From an uncultured virus (IMG/VR IMGVR_UViG_2061766007_004155) (taxonomy: Duplodnaviria > Heunggongvirae > Uroviricota > Caudoviricetes), in IMG/VR virus record IMGVR_UViG_2061766007_004155: a stretch of 64,000 bases of DNA. One strand, written 5' to 3'. Positions 21,225-31,938 of this stretch are shown in pieces. Below the pieces are notes generated by a model. The model was not told the origin of the DNA. It was given only the letters and a program-made list of their open reading frames with translations, and did not search any database. Position 1 is the first letter of the stretch; the number at the start of each line of letters is the position of its first letter. The position numbers were made by a program, and so were the translations under genes.

Positions 21225-23019
21225 AATATCTGTTTCTTCTGATTCGTATTCTACCCTTGCAAGAGGAATGATGGGGCTTCAGCAAGAGTTCTCAGATATT
21301 CCTGTAGAAGAAGCGTATAAGATATTTATTGGCGCTGGTGGATATGGCGCAATGCTTAAAGAGCCGTTTGTTCAGAACAGACGCGTAAAAGCATACGACA
21401 CGCTACCTGAAGACGTTTCTAAAGAAGACCTCGTTGACATGATAAAACAGCCGAACAACAATGAGTTGGAATTAAGGGCTGTATCTTCAACGCTTGCGTC
21501 TACAACCAAGACATATGACCTGATAATGCAGACATATCAGGACTTGCTTACATATGATTGGTACATTCATCCGACTTATACGCCTGTAAAAGTAGACATA
21601 GAAACGCAGAAACGTGATTTGTTCCTTGCAGAAAAAATAACACGTTCGATTGACCCGAAGAGAATGGGGCATGAAATTGTCGGTAAATGCGTTCAGTATG
21701 GAAAAGCATTTTATACTCCGCGTGTTTCGGCTGACAAAGCTCACAACAAAGTCAATTATGCGTTTCTGCAACAGCTTCCAGAAGATTGGTGCAAGATTGT
21801 AGGCTTTAACAACGGGCCTGGGAAATATACGATTGCATTCAACATGATGTATTTCCTCGAACCAGGAACGGATTGGAGACAGTTCGGGGATTTGTTTGAG
21901 CCTTATATCCAAATATTCTCCGAAGTAGTTGAAAGCCGTGAGAAATACGTTTATTCATCAGTTTCAAAATCTTTTGTTATTAATCCTGATAAGTTTAATC
22001 AGCTTAAAGCAAACAAGACAATTGGAAATCCTGAATGGTATGTTGTCGGGAATACATATTACTATTGGGTTTTCCTCCCCGCAGACAAAGTAATCACATT
22101 TGAGATTTCAGATAGGACAACGGCTGTCGTACCACCAAATACGGGGCTGATGGTTTCGATGCTGTCCATTCCAAATTACGAAGCGGCTCAGATGGAGATT
22201 GTTCTTAATCCGTTGACAAGCATCATGACAGGAGAAATACCTGTTTATGAAACGAAAAACATCCCGAACGCTGATCCAATGGCAGTTTCCCCGTCGCAGA
22301 GAGAATTGTTTGAGCGGTTCTGGTACAACATGCTCTACAAAAACAACACTTCGGGAATTGGATTTTATGCAGCCCCGTTTAAAAATATGAAACTACAGAC
22401 TGTTTCTGATACAGTCTCAAATACTGATATTGCTACAACGGCTGTGGCAGATCAAATTCAGAAGTCAGGACTTGCGGCTCTTATTCCATCCACGAATGAC
22501 CCGAAAGTTGGCGTAGCTCAATTGTCAGCGATGATAAATGCGGCTTACCCGAAAATCATTTATCGAACATTTGAGAAGATGATGGATGCTATTTTCGAGT
22601 CGCTTAACCTAAAAACACCTTTAAGGTTTGAAATGTTTGGAGACATATTCTCCCGCGAAGGTGAGCTTGAAGCGGCGAAGGCAGGAATGACATTAGGAAT
22701 CCTGAACGACACGCTTAAATATAATGCAATGAATGGGTTGACGATTCTTGATGACTTGGCGATAAGTGATTTTGTCCATGCAACAGGAATCCTTGACAAG
22801 AGAATCCCGCTTATCAGTACATATTCTGCAAAGCAGAGTGAAGCAGGGCTTCCGCCGAAGGGAGAACACAGTGCAGATGTAATAAATCCTGAAGCACAAA
22901 AGATTCTAAACCCCGCAGGAAGACCATCTGAGTACGGGAGTGAGTCAAGTCAAAAGACCGAAACCCGTACAATTGCAAAAGAGAATATGAAATCTCTGAA
23001 GAAACTTTTTAGAGGATGA
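21196..23019 (+). CDS. Putative portal protein
   Basis: ~600 aa after terL and before head genes; positional. Confidence 0.65.
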   Translation: MAEEQVKTNKISVSSDSYSTLARGMMGLQQEFSDIPVEEAYKIFIGAGGYGAMLKEPFVQNRRVKAYDTLPEDVSKEDLVDMIKQPNNNELELRAVSSTLASTTKTYDLIMQTYQDLLTYDWYIHPTYTPVKVDIETQKRDLFLAEKITRSIDPKRMGHEIVGKCVQYGKAFYTPRVSADKAHNKVNYAFLQQLPEDWCKIVGFNNGPGKYTIAFNMMYFLEPGTDWRQFGDLFEPYIQIFSEVVESREKYVYSSVSKSFVINPDKFNQLKANKTIGNPEWYVVGNTYYYWVFLPADKVITFEISDRTTAVVPPNTGLMVSMLSIPNYEAAQMEIVLNPLTSIMTGEIPVYETKNIPNADPMAVSPSQRELFERFWYNMLYKNNTSGIGFYAAPFKNMKLQTVSDTVSNTDIATTAVADQIQKSGLAALIPSTNDPKVGVAQLSAMINAAYPKIIYRTFEKMMDAIFESLNLKTPLRFEMFGDIFSREGELEAAKAGMTLGILNDTLKYNAMNGLTILDDLAISDFVHATGILDKRIPLISTYSAKQSEAGLPPKGEHSADVINPEAQKILNPAGRPSEYGSESSQKTETRTIAKENMKSLKKLFRG

Positions 23020-23025
23020 TGAATC

Positions 23026-24456
23026 ATGGAGCAGAAAGTGAAAGCAACGGAGGGGAAGATTAAACTCCTTGCTTCTAACAATAAGTTTTTGTACCCAGTT
23101 GAAATATGGGCATTGAATGAGAAGGTAAATCGGAACGGATGGAAGTATACGAAAATTGCTTCCAGACTTGAACTTTTCCGAAATATCCCTATTCTTATCG
23201 CCTATGAAGCGGGGGGAAGAGTTGTAGGTTCGGGACACAACTATGACCTTCGCAGAGATGAAAATGGGGAAGAATATGCTTCATTTACCGCAGCCGATGC
23301 AGAAAGGATTGTCGGTTGGGTTCATGATAAAGCCAATATCCGTATCGAAAAAGATGAAGAGGGTACGGACTGGGTGGTAATGGATTCCTATTTATGGTCA
23401 TGGTATTCAAAGGAGACTGTTGATGCAATTGCCAGTGAACAGGGCGCTGGGATGAGTGTCAGCATTGAAACTTTGGTTACTGAAGAGCATATGGAAGGTG
23501 ATGTTGCAGTAGAAGATGATTATGTGGTACTCGGCATCACGATATTGGGACGGGGCGTTTCTCCTGCTGTAGAGTCGGCAAGAATCAAGTCCCTAAACCA
23601 CTTGTCTGAAATGAGAGAAGCAATGCACTCTAATGTTTTGAAGGCGGCTTCTTACATTGAAGACAGAAATGAAAATGTACAGGGAAAAAATAATTCTAAC
23701 GAAAGGGTGACTAAATTGACCTATTTCTCCAGAAAGCAGTGCGCCGAACTGAGCAAGAGGTTTGATGGTTATACCGTCATCGCGGCGGCACAGGGTGACA
23801 AAGTAATCCACGTCGCGCTTCTGTCAGACAATGGCGATATTGCTAAATATGAAATGAACAGTATCGACGAAACGATTGCTGTTGAGAGAATCAAGGCTTG
23901 CGAAGGAACAGTTACGTTTGATTGCGACAACTGCGACAACGCAGAAGAGAATTGCGATAACGCTATGACGGTTGATCTGTCCGAAGCGATTGCAGCAATG
24001 AACGAAGTCGTGTCCAAAGCAAATGAAGCCCGTGAGAAAGCAGAAGAAGACCTTCGCAAAGCGAATGAGTCTATTACCGCAGCTATGGGGACGATTGCGG
24101 ACATGCGTAATGCCGAAAATGCAAGACGTGTACAGAGCGCAAAGGAAACTGCGAAGAGAACACTGAGTGCTTTCAATGCGAATTCCGCTTTTGAAGTATC
24201 CGAATCTGTTCTTGAAGCAATCAACAACGACATTGACAGTGGCGTGTACACAGAGCGCGTTAATTCTGATGGCGCTTGGGTTGGCGATGCTGAAGTCGAA
24301 CTGAGAGTGAAAGCCATCTGCGCTGACGAACAGCAGAAGTTCAATCAGGCTAACGCCGAAAAGAACAAAAATACCTTTATTTGGGAGAAACTTTCCGAAC
24401 AGGAAGACGATGGCTCTATCGGCGCTCTCCTGAAGCGTAAAGGCATCAGAGAATAA
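23026..24456 (+). CDS. Prohead protease/scaffold fusion
   Basis: VNRNG...MSVSIE...LGITILG...PAVESA protease-like N-half; coiled-coil C-half. Confidence 0.65.
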   Translation: MEQKVKATEGKIKLLASNNKFLYPVEIWALNEKVNRNGWKYTKIASRLELFRNIPILIAYEAGGRVVGSGHNYDLRRDENGEEYASFTAADAERIVGWVHDKANIRIEKDEEGTDWVVMDSYLWSWYSKETVDAIASEQGAGMSVSIETLVTEEHMEGDVAVEDDYVVLGITILGRGVSPAVESARIKSLNHLSEMREAMHSNVLKAASYIEDRNENVQGKNNSNERVTKLTYFSRKQCAELSKRFDGYTVIAAAQGDKVIHVALLSDNGDIAKYEMNSIDETIAVERIKACEGTVTFDCDNCDNAEENCDNAMTVDLSEAIAAMNEVVSKANEAREKAEEDLRKANESITAAMGTIADMRNAENARRVQSAKETAKRTLSAFNANSAFEVSESVLEAINNDIDSGVYTERVNSDGAWVGDAEVELRVKAICADEQQKFNQANAEKNKNTFIWEKLSEQEDDGSIGALLKRKGIRE

Positions 24457-24475
24457 TTAAGGAGGATAAAGCATC

Positions 24476-25057
24476 ATGTCTTTTACTGCGAACACCGCTT
24501 TTGAAGCGCGTATCACAAATAACGAAAACGACATTCTGTCCCATGTGGCTGGCAAGTATTTCGTAAGCACGACTGCTACCGACTGCGATGCAGGACGCCT
24601 TGTTGTTGCCGATTCTCTCCTTGACTGTGAAGGATTCACGGGAGTCAAGAATGAGAACACTTGGAAAATGGTTGACGCTACTGACGCGACCACTTTCGAT
24701 ACTCCGATTTATGCTTGCGACACCTATGACAATCAGCTTGGCACTGTGAAGGGCAATAACTACTTCATCGGTACTGAGACTCTTGGACTTGGTGTTCCCG
24801 CAGGACGTTACGGAAACTTCACTCGCATCCATTTTGACGGACAGAGCCGCTACCGCTTCGGCGTTGGCAACTTCAGCACAACGGTTGGTGCAAACGGCTT
24901 TGCAACGATTGATGACGGCAAGCTTGTCCCGGCTGCTTCTGCACCGACTACGGCTGGCACTCCGTACTTCATCATTTCCGGAACTGGCAAATTCATCGAA
25001 GGCGCTTGGGAATCCTTTGACTACTACGATGTTATTGCCACGAAATGCTCCGGTTAA
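24476..25057 (+). CDS. Putative head decoration protein
   Basis: Between protease and capsid genes; strong RBS; beta-rich. Confidence 0.5.
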   Translation: MSFTANTAFEARITNNENDILSHVAGKYFVSTTATDCDAGRLVVADSLLDCEGFTGVKNENTWKMVDATDATTFDTPIYACDTYDNQLGTVKGNNYFIGTETLGLGVPAGRYGNFTRIHFDGQSRYRFGVGNFSTTVGANGFATIDDGKLVPAASAPTTAGTPYFIISGTGKFIEGAWESFDYYDVIATKCSG

Positions 25058-25082
25058 TTAACTTGTAGGAAGGAGAACAACA

Positions 25083-26309
25083 ATGGAAAGACTTTCTCTC
25101 AATTCTCTGTCTCCCAGCGTGTTTCAGATTCGTGCAAATGAGACAGAAGACCACAGCAAAGCACGTGCCGAAATCGTTTCGATGGGCCGCCTGCTTGCAT
25201 ATGAACATGGTCGTCGTGGACAGGCAGCTGTCAAGAGCGCTATGCACATGAACGATGCTGTTGCAGCACAGCACGTTACTGATATTGAATACAGCAAACT
25301 GAACGAGAAGTTTCAAGCTGAACACCTCCTGTACGCCGCAAAGAAAGCTTGCGCAGTTACAGGCGAATCCGCTCCTGAATCTTTTGAAGAGTTCAAACGT
25401 CAGGGAATGAACTTCTACCGCAACAACACTTTCCTGAAAGTGCTTCAGGGTCTGTATCAGGAAATCGTGTACCCGATTCTTCCCCGCGTTTATTCCGAAG
25501 CTGTCAGCGTGTTCGCTGATGTTGTTGAAGTCGGCTTTGCTGAAACCTATCAGCTTACAATCGGCTCTGATGATATTCCTATCTTCCAGGATAGCGCTTG
25601 GGGTGCTTCCCGCAGTGTTCCTGCGAATCGTTTCTATTCCAAGGACATTACTCTTAACCCACAGCCGAAGACCGCTGAAATCCGCATGAAATGGCATCAG
25701 CTTGTCGGCAACAATGTTGACTTCGGGCGCTTCTTCGCGAACCTGTCCGCAGGACTCTATGCCAAGACAATGGGCATGTTCCAGGCTGTTCTTACGGCTC
25801 TTGCTTCCGACACAACGAAGATTCCGTCTGCTCTGATTTACACCTTCGGTTCTGTGAACTGGGTTACACTTGCCAACAAGCTTGCAGCTCTGAACAACAC
25901 GAATATCAATAACATTCGTGCTTTCGGTAATGCAATTGCTCTGTCCAAGGTTCTTCCGACTCAGCAGACAGGTTCTTCCAACACTGCTATGGACGCGGCA
26001 CTTGCTACTCTGCTCGGTGTTGACTACATCCGCAGTGGTTACATGGGACAGTACATGGGCGTGGGTCTGTATCCGCTTCAGGATGCGATTATCCCCGGCA
26101 CTCTGAACACTATCCTTGATGCACAGAAGATTTGGCTCATGGCATCCAATGCTGTTAAGCCGATGACAATCTGCTACAACAGCGCGAGTCCCATCGCAAT
26201 TTCAATTTCTGCCGAAGAAACTGCCAGCTTTGAGCTGATCTTTAATCTTACGGTGGCTTTGGATATGGTCGCAGTTGTCGCAGACAAGTGCGGTCTGATT
26301 ACAATCTGA
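25083..26309 (+). CDS. Major capsid protein
   Basis: 408 aa, strongly biased codon usage, position, followed by a terminator. Confidence 0.7.
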   Translation: MERLSLNSLSPSVFQIRANETEDHSKARAEIVSMGRLLAYEHGRRGQAAVKSAMHMNDAVAAQHVTDIEYSKLNEKFQAEHLLYAAKKACAVTGESAPESFEEFKRQGMNFYRNNTFLKVLQGLYQEIVYPILPRVYSEAVSVFADVVEVGFAETYQLTIGSDDIPIFQDSAWGASRSVPANRFYSKDITLNPQPKTAEIRMKWHQLVGNNVDFGRFFANLSAGLYAKTMGMFQAVLTALASDTTKIPSALIYTFGSVNWVTLANKLAALNNTNINNIRAFGNAIALSKVLPTQQTGSSNTAMDAALATLLGVDYIRSGYMGQYMGVGLYPLQDAIIPGTLNTILDAQKIWLMASNAVKPMTICYNSASPIAISISAEETASFELIFNLTVALDMVAVVADKCGLITI

Positions 26310-26317
26310 TTACAAAA

Positions 26318-26350
26318 CTGAAGGGGTGGAATTACCCCACCCCTTCAGCA
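26318..26350 (+). terminator. Hairpin after capsid gene
   Basis: CTGAAGGGGTGG...CCACCCCTTCAG. Confidence 0.65.
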
Positions 26351-26457
26351 TCTTCTTCATAATGCTTTGCAGTGCAAGAGAAATATATGCGGTAACAGTA
26401 TATGTCGGTGCAACTCCGACAGCCGAAATTGAGAGCCATAAAGAAGGGAGAATAGAA

Positions 26458-27168
26458 ATGGCTGGTAGAACCAAGAAAACAAACACAGCAGAACCTGAAG
26501 TAAAAGCAATCGAAGCAAAACCGGCAGAAGTAGAAACAGCAGATAAACGCGATATCGAGATTGAATCTCTAAAACAACAGCTTGCAGAACAGCAGAAGAT
26601 GTTTGCTGAAATGCAGGAGATGTTGAAACAGGCACAGTCAGCGCCAAAGGTTGTACAGGTTGCACCGCAGGAAACCGAAAAGGTACATTGCCTGTTTGAA
26701 GCTGAAGTTGCTGACGATAACATCTATTCAATCGGTGAGAATGGAAGATTCGGCAGAATAATTGGTAAAACGGGAAGTTTCTTTGTCCCCAAAAATGAGC
26801 TTTCAAGCGTGATGGACAGTTCGTTCCGTTATATGCTTGAAAACAGATGGATTATTATTGTGAGCGGGCTTACTGATGAAGAGAGAGAAGCCTTCGGCGT
26901 AGATTACAAAGAAGGGGAATATCTCGACAAGAGAGCATTTGCGAAGATGGTGGATATGGGAGAAGAGATTCTTGATATCTATCCGAAACTTTGCAGAGGG
27001 CATCAGGAAATGGTAGCAAAGCGCTACTATGAAGCATATCTAAATAGGAATCCAAAGGTCACAAGAGAAATTGTTGTTGAGCTAAACAAACTCAGCAAAA
27101 ACGCAGGAAGCGAAAAAGGAGATTTCATCGGCATTATTGAACTGATGAATGAAGCTGATACTAAGTAA
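26458..27168 (+). CDS. Phage hypothetical (head-module) protein
   Basis: Likely start ATG 26458 after AAGGGAG RBS. Confidence 0.6.
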   Translation: MAGRTKKTNTAEPEVKAIEAKPAEVETADKRDIEIESLKQQLAEQQKMFAEMQEMLKQAQSAPKVVQVAPQETEKVHCLFEAEVADDNIYSIGENGRFGRIIGKTGSFFVPKNELSSVMDSSFRYMLENRWIIIVSGLTDEEREAFGVDYKEGEYLDKRAFAKMVDMGEEILDIYPKLCRGHQEMVAKRYYEAYLNRNPKVTREIVVELNKLSKNAGSEKGDFIGIIELMNEADTK

Positions 27169-27301
27169 TCACGAAAGGGCGTGAAGCCCTATGGAATTTA
27201 ATCTGTTCTTCAACATTCTGTTGATTTTCGTGATCTTATTAATTGCGACAACGGATGATGATGAACACAACAAGAAACCTTAACGGGAGGATGTGTAAAT
27301 A

Positions 27302-27985
27302 ATGGGAACGTCTTTTGAAAAGATTGAGCAGAGGGCAATGATGTATATCAAAAACGATAGCTCTCTCGACCAAGACCTCATTACACGCCTCCCGCTTTTT
27401 TACAATCGGATGAAGGCATACGTGATGGCAGGGAAAGCTTACTTCAATAAGCCCCCTAAAATGCCGACGGTTTTAAGCGCGTATGAAGAGCCTGAGTTTG
27501 AAGAGTATTTCTATACGTCTGACACAACGAAAATGGCTCCAGCCACCGTAAACACAGGCGTAACGGGCTATACTATTTGCTCGGCGGGAATTATTGAAGA
27601 AGATGTATATGGTACGCCACAATATACGCCGTTTGAAGTTGAGAGCTATGATCCAGAGACAGGCGACGTAATTATCAATGCGGAAATAGACGAAGGCGAA
27701 ACGATAGTCATTGACTTCTATAAGAGCGGAGAATTTAACGCCGACTTGGATGATGAGCAGATTGAAATTCTTGCTTACTGCGTTTATGTGGCGTGGGAAA
27801 ACCGCTTTGAAAATAATGTTCTCGAAAGAGCAGCTAAAATCCGTGACAGCGGATTTACGCCTATTAGCGAAGCTTCCCACATGGATGCAAACACAAACAG
27901 GAACAAACAGGTTTACGACATTTTACAGGATTGGCTCAGAAGGTATGAGCAAAACTGCAAATATATAGAAGTTGTAGGAATCTGA
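27302..27985 (+). CDS. Putative head-tail connector protein
   Basis: Position in the structural operon. Confidence 0.45.
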   Translation: MGTSFEKIEQRAMMYIKNDSSLDQDLITRLPLFYNRMKAYVMAGKAYFNKPPKMPTVLSAYEEPEFEEYFYTSDTTKMAPATVNTGVTGYTICSAGIIEEDVYGTPQYTPFEVESYDPETGDVIINAEIDEGETIVIDFYKSGEFNADLDDEQIEILAYCVYVAWENRFENNVLERAAKIRDSGFTPISEASHMDANTNRNKQVYDILQDWLRRYEQNCKYIEVVGI

Positions 27986-27998
27986 GAAAGGAGCGGAC

Positions 27999-29315
27999 AT
28001 GCCTGATTTAAACAAAATTGCAAGAGACGCAATACTGCTTGGCGTAACAGGAACTGTCCGCAAATCGAATAGCGCCGCCAAAAGAACAGGATTGCAGAAG
28101 CAGTATTTCAGAGACGAGACATTGCTTTATACAGAAGATGTAGGTGCATTAGCAAGTAATGTATATGAAACTGCATCTCAGGGGATCAACTTTAACGATT
28201 GGTATTCTTATGTGCCAATAAAAATCAGAGTTGATAATGCTGTTCAGGTAAGCTCCGGTGAATTAATGACGGACGATTGGATGAGAATTTACATCATTCA
28301 GCCGACAGGAATAGATACAATAGGGCAAGGCGCTTATATGTACTTTGACTCGAATTGGTGGATGGTTTACAAGCCAAAAGGAGTTCTTACAGTAAGAGGG
28401 CAAGCCCTTGTAAGGCGATGCAATACCGTCATTAATAAGCTTGATTATTATGGGAACATCGTTTCTGTTCCTATGGCGTTTACAAAACTTGGCACATTAG
28501 GAAATGCGCCAAACGTTACAGAGAATATGATTCTCAGTAAGAACTATATGAACTGTTACTGTCAACTGAACAGTATAACAAAAGAGTTTACAGAGAACAC
28601 AAGGATGATTCAGGGGAAAGCGGCTTATGCAATACGTGGCATAAACGATTTTACCCGTGAATATACAGAAGACAGAGACAGCGTTCATATAATGGCTTTT
28701 ACAATTGAACGCCAAGAGCCGTTAGAGCAAGACAGCATTGAGCTACAGGTAGCAGATTATTATAGCTTCTCTTGGGTAGTGTCTTTAAAAGGCAATGACC
28801 ATATGGTTTTAAATTCTACTCAGCAGATAGTTCCGACGAGCTACAGGAATGAATGTTTGGTTGAAAGCACAGAAGAACATCCGATTACTTATCTGTTTGA
28901 AAGCTCGGATGAAAGCGTTTTAACAGTAGACGAAACAGGAGTTGTAACACCTGTAGGAGAAGGAACAGCAACTGTAAGAGTTAAGTTAGAACAGAACAAA
29001 GAAAAAACGCAGAGCATAGATATAAGTGTGTCGGCAATAGGAGAAAGCAAAGCGATATTTACCACTACGCCGATAAATGCTCTTGATGAATATGATTCTT
29101 GCCTTGTTTCAGCGGCTTATCTCGAAAACGGGATAGAGACTGAAGAAGAAGTTAATTTCAGCTTCTCAGGGGCTTCTGAGCGTTGTTACAGCGCAACCAA
29201 GGTTGGACTCAACACGTATGAGATACGTTGCTTCAACGCGTCTAAAACGCCTCTAATCGTTACGGTAGAGGCACACGGAACAACAGACACCATGAGCATT
29301 AAACTTTATCCATAA
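27999..29315 (+). CDS. Putative head closure protein with Ig-like (Big_2) domain
   Basis: FESSDESVLTVDETGVVTPVGEGTATVRV Ig-like motif. Confidence 0.6.
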   Translation: MPDLNKIARDAILLGVTGTVRKSNSAAKRTGLQKQYFRDETLLYTEDVGALASNVYETASQGINFNDWYSYVPIKIRVDNAVQVSSGELMTDDWMRIYIIQPTGIDTIGQGAYMYFDSNWWMVYKPKGVLTVRGQALVRRCNTVINKLDYYGNIVSVPMAFTKLGTLGNAPNVTENMILSKNYMNCYCQLNSITKEFTENTRMIQGKAAYAIRGINDFTREYTEDRDSVHIMAFTIERQEPLEQDSIELQVADYYSFSWVVSLKGNDHMVLNSTQQIVPTSYRNECLVESTEEHPITYLFESSDESVLTVDETGVVTPVGEGTATVRVKLEQNKEKTQSIDISVSAIGESKAIFTTTPINALDEYDSCLVSAAYLENGIETEEEVNFSFSGASERCYSATKVGLNTYEIRCFNASKTPLIVTVEAHGTTDTMSIKLYP

Positions 29316-29472
29316 TTACTACCGCTTGCCGTCAGCGGGATATAAAAGACGGCTTGCAATTGGAAAACTGAAGCGGGTCAGTCTGCGGAATGCGATTGGC
29401 AACGATTGCGTTCTATTTTATAACCGCTTTCAAAACCTTGGTACGGCACTGCCAAATTTAAAGGAGACAACT

Positions 29473-29727
29473 ATGGAGTGCAAACACGCTTATTTCAAAG
29501 ATAATGAACCATATGTTTTGTGCGATTGCGATGAAAAGCCACGCACGAACAAGCTTGAAGACCTGACTAAAGCAATGTGCGGTCATCAGAGGTTTTGCCC
29601 CAATATCAGGGCGTGTGCATTGCTTCCAACATGGAAAACTTGCTCAAAGCTTTTACGTGCAATAGAACCTGTTGAAAATGTGACCCCAGCAATAACACAG
29701 AAAGCAACTCGGAAAAAGAAAGATTAA
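29473..29727 (+). CDS. Small Cys-rich phage protein
   Basis: Start ATG 29473 after AAGGAG; MECKHAY...LCD...CGHQRFCP. Confidence 0.6.
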   Translation: MECKHAYFKDNEPYVLCDCDEKPRTNKLEDLTKAMCGHQRFCPNIRACALLPTWKTCSKLLRAIEPVENVTPAITQKATRKKKD

Positions 29728-29773
29728 TTTCCAACAAGAAGCATTGCGTAAAAAAGAAGGGAGTTAGAAACGC

Positions 29774-30370
29774 ATGGCTATTGAGATTACCAAAGAACAG
29801 TTGAAAAACGCAAGAACCTATATTCCTATAGCAGCTAAAGAGATACTTGCAGAGCAGATTGCGGGATGGGTAATGGAATCTGTGGAGATGACGAAAGATT
29901 CAGCATTCCCCATGCCACCGATGTGGAAAGAAAATAGAGCGGCAAAGAATCTGCTGATGTTAGGGATTCTCTGCAAATACTATTTGGACGTTGATTTTGA
30001 GTGCCAAAGTGTTCGGCTTTTGGAAAATGGTAAAAGCGTTGGAGAACAGGAAGTTGATTTTTTCCCAACAACAGAAGCGTTTGACGAATTGGCAAGTTCG
30101 ATGATTTTAAATCAGCTTGAACGTTTGAAAAAAGGGAACAGTGATATTAGCAATATCATCTTTGATATTTTGTATGATTACAAAACATTAGAGCAAATGG
30201 TTAATGCTGAAATCAAAGAACTGCTTTCTCGAAAAAATGATGTTGTTGCAAGGGCAGTTGATATACTCGCGTTTGTTGGGTCAGAAAAAAATCTTGAATC
30301 TCTTAAAGACGAATTAAACAAACTGCAATCCGTCACGAAAGAGCAGAAGGATGTGAAAGCCAATGGCTGA
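29774..30370 (+). CDS. Phage structural-region hypothetical protein
   Basis: 198-aa ORF with RBS. Confidence 0.6.
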   Translation: MAIEITKEQLKNARTYIPIAAKEILAEQIAGWVMESVEMTKDSAFPMPPMWKENRAAKNLLMLGILCKYYLDVDFECQSVRLLENGKSVGEQEVDFFPTTEAFDELASSMILNQLERLKKGNSDISNIIFDILYDYKTLEQMVNAEIKELLSRKNDVVARAVDILAFVGSEKNLESLKDELNKLQSVTKEQKDVKANG

Positions 30371-31055
30371 TGAATGGCTCGGAAGAGAGCCAACAACTGA
30401 ATCACCTTATTATCCTTTATGGAAAGCGGTAACTGCACCAACTTTAGCGGGTGCTGAAGAGCTTCCATATGTTATTACAAAGTATCTGTGCGACACAGCC
30501 GATTCGCAGTATACGCCACCGTCTGACAACAGATTTCCAAGGGCAAGGCTGAAAAAACTGCTTTATTGGGATTGCGCTAAACCGCTTGAACAACCATTGC
30601 CAACAGATGCACAGATACGTGCAATTAGATTTGACCCATTGAATCCGGCTAATCCTCCCGATAAAGAGAGAGGATATAGGATATTTTCACAGGAATTTGC
30701 ACAGCAAGCACAGTATGATGCTCAGACAAGACTTCACGTCTATCTTGGAGCTACAAATAAGAACGCCGAAAACACATTGCAAGGTCACAACGGTTTTATG
30801 TACCGCCAACAGATCATTATAAAAGTAATGACCAACTACGACTTTGAATGCAACATGGAGATGACGGCAAACTCCAGAACATATAACATTGTTCAGGCGA
30901 TTGTCGAATCTATTAACGGCGTTGTTTTTAAGGGCATGAGTCCACTTCTTGTGCAGTCTATATCAAAAATAGATGATGAACGAGTGAACTTAGGCTTTAA
31001 GATATACGGATTGATTGATGTAGCAGGGGAAAGCCCGAACGTCAATTTTATCTGA
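30363..31055 (+). CDS. Putative tail completion protein
   Basis: Position before the tail genes. Confidence 0.4.
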   Translation: MADEWLGREPTTESPYYPLWKAVTAPTLAGAEELPYVITKYLCDTADSQYTPPSDNRFPRARLKKLLYWDCAKPLEQPLPTDAQIRAIRFDPLNPANPPDKERGYRIFSQEFAQQAQYDAQTRLHVYLGATNKNAENTLQGHNGFMYRQQIIIKVMTNYDFECNMEMTANSRTYNIVQAIVESINGVVFKGMSPLLVQSISKIDDERVNLGFKIYGLIDVAGESPNVNFI

Positions 31056-31093
31056 TAATTTTGTAACTCATTCGCGGGAGGAAAGATTGAGAA

Positions 31094-31915
31094 ATGGGAA
31101 CTGCGATTGATGAATATAAACCGTTTGTCCGTAGAAATGAGCCAATTGTTTTTAACGGACTTTCATTCAGCCCATTGAAGGTTGAGCAGATTGCCCTGTA
31201 CCAAGCTGCTAAGCCATCATTTGAGTTGATGCAGTCATCTTTGCCACCAAAATTGGCAACACTCTCTTGGTGCGAATGCTTAGAAGCATTAGACATGCAA
31301 GGGAAAGAGAAGGGGAAGGAAACCGTCTTTCTTACAATAGTATTGGTTACAATAGCGATTGCAACAGGACTTCCGAAAATGCAAGAAAACGGAGAAGAAG
31401 TATATCCGATAAAGGAAGTTAGGGCGAAAGACGGCAAACTTCTTTCTTTCCTGTTTGGTAGTTTAGATAACCCAACACTTATATCCATGAGTGACATGGA
31501 TGAAATAAGAAAAATAATAGCCGCACAAAACTTGTACGAAATCCCTGACGAGTCATGGAATCCTGACTTAGTTCGTGCGAGAAGGCATTTAGCGGCTAAT
31601 GCGCAAAAAAATATCAAATATGATATTGACGCATTGGTTCACTCAGTAGCATTAAACGCCCATGTAAATCCATCAGAAATTTGGGATTGGACTATACGAG
31701 ACTTTGTATTAACACAAGAAGCGATAGACAGGACACTAAATTATAAGATATTCACAACAGCGGAGTATTCAGGATTAATCAAGTTTAAAAATGGAAACCC
31801 ATTCCCTTCGTGGAAGTTTGACAAGAACATTGACATGCCAACAGAGTTCAAGACGATAGGGCAACTTGATGCTGAAGCAAATGGGCTTTTGGGAGTTACT
31901 GAGAAAGAAATTTAA
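31094..31915 (+). CDS. Putative tail assembly chaperone-like protein
   Basis: NPSEIWDWTIRDF motif. Confidence 0.45.
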   Translation: MGTAIDEYKPFVRRNEPIVFNGLSFSPLKVEQIALYQAAKPSFELMQSSLPPKLATLSWCECLEALDMQGKEKGKETVFLTIVLVTIAIATGLPKMQENGEEVYPIKEVRAKDGKLLSFLFGSLDNPTLISMSDMDEIRKIIAAQNLYEIPDESWNPDLVRARRHLAANAQKNIKYDIDALVHSVALNAHVNPSEIWDWTIRDFVLTQEAIDRTLNYKIFTTAEYSGLIKFKNGNPFPSWKFDKNIDMPTEFKTIGQLDAEANGLLGVTEKEI

Positions 31916-31938
31916 TCATATAGGAGGATTTACCCAAA

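Noticed and set aside
23769..25697. Long antisense ORFs opposite head genes
   Set aside because: Mirror frames caused by codon bias; no RBS or recognisable motifs
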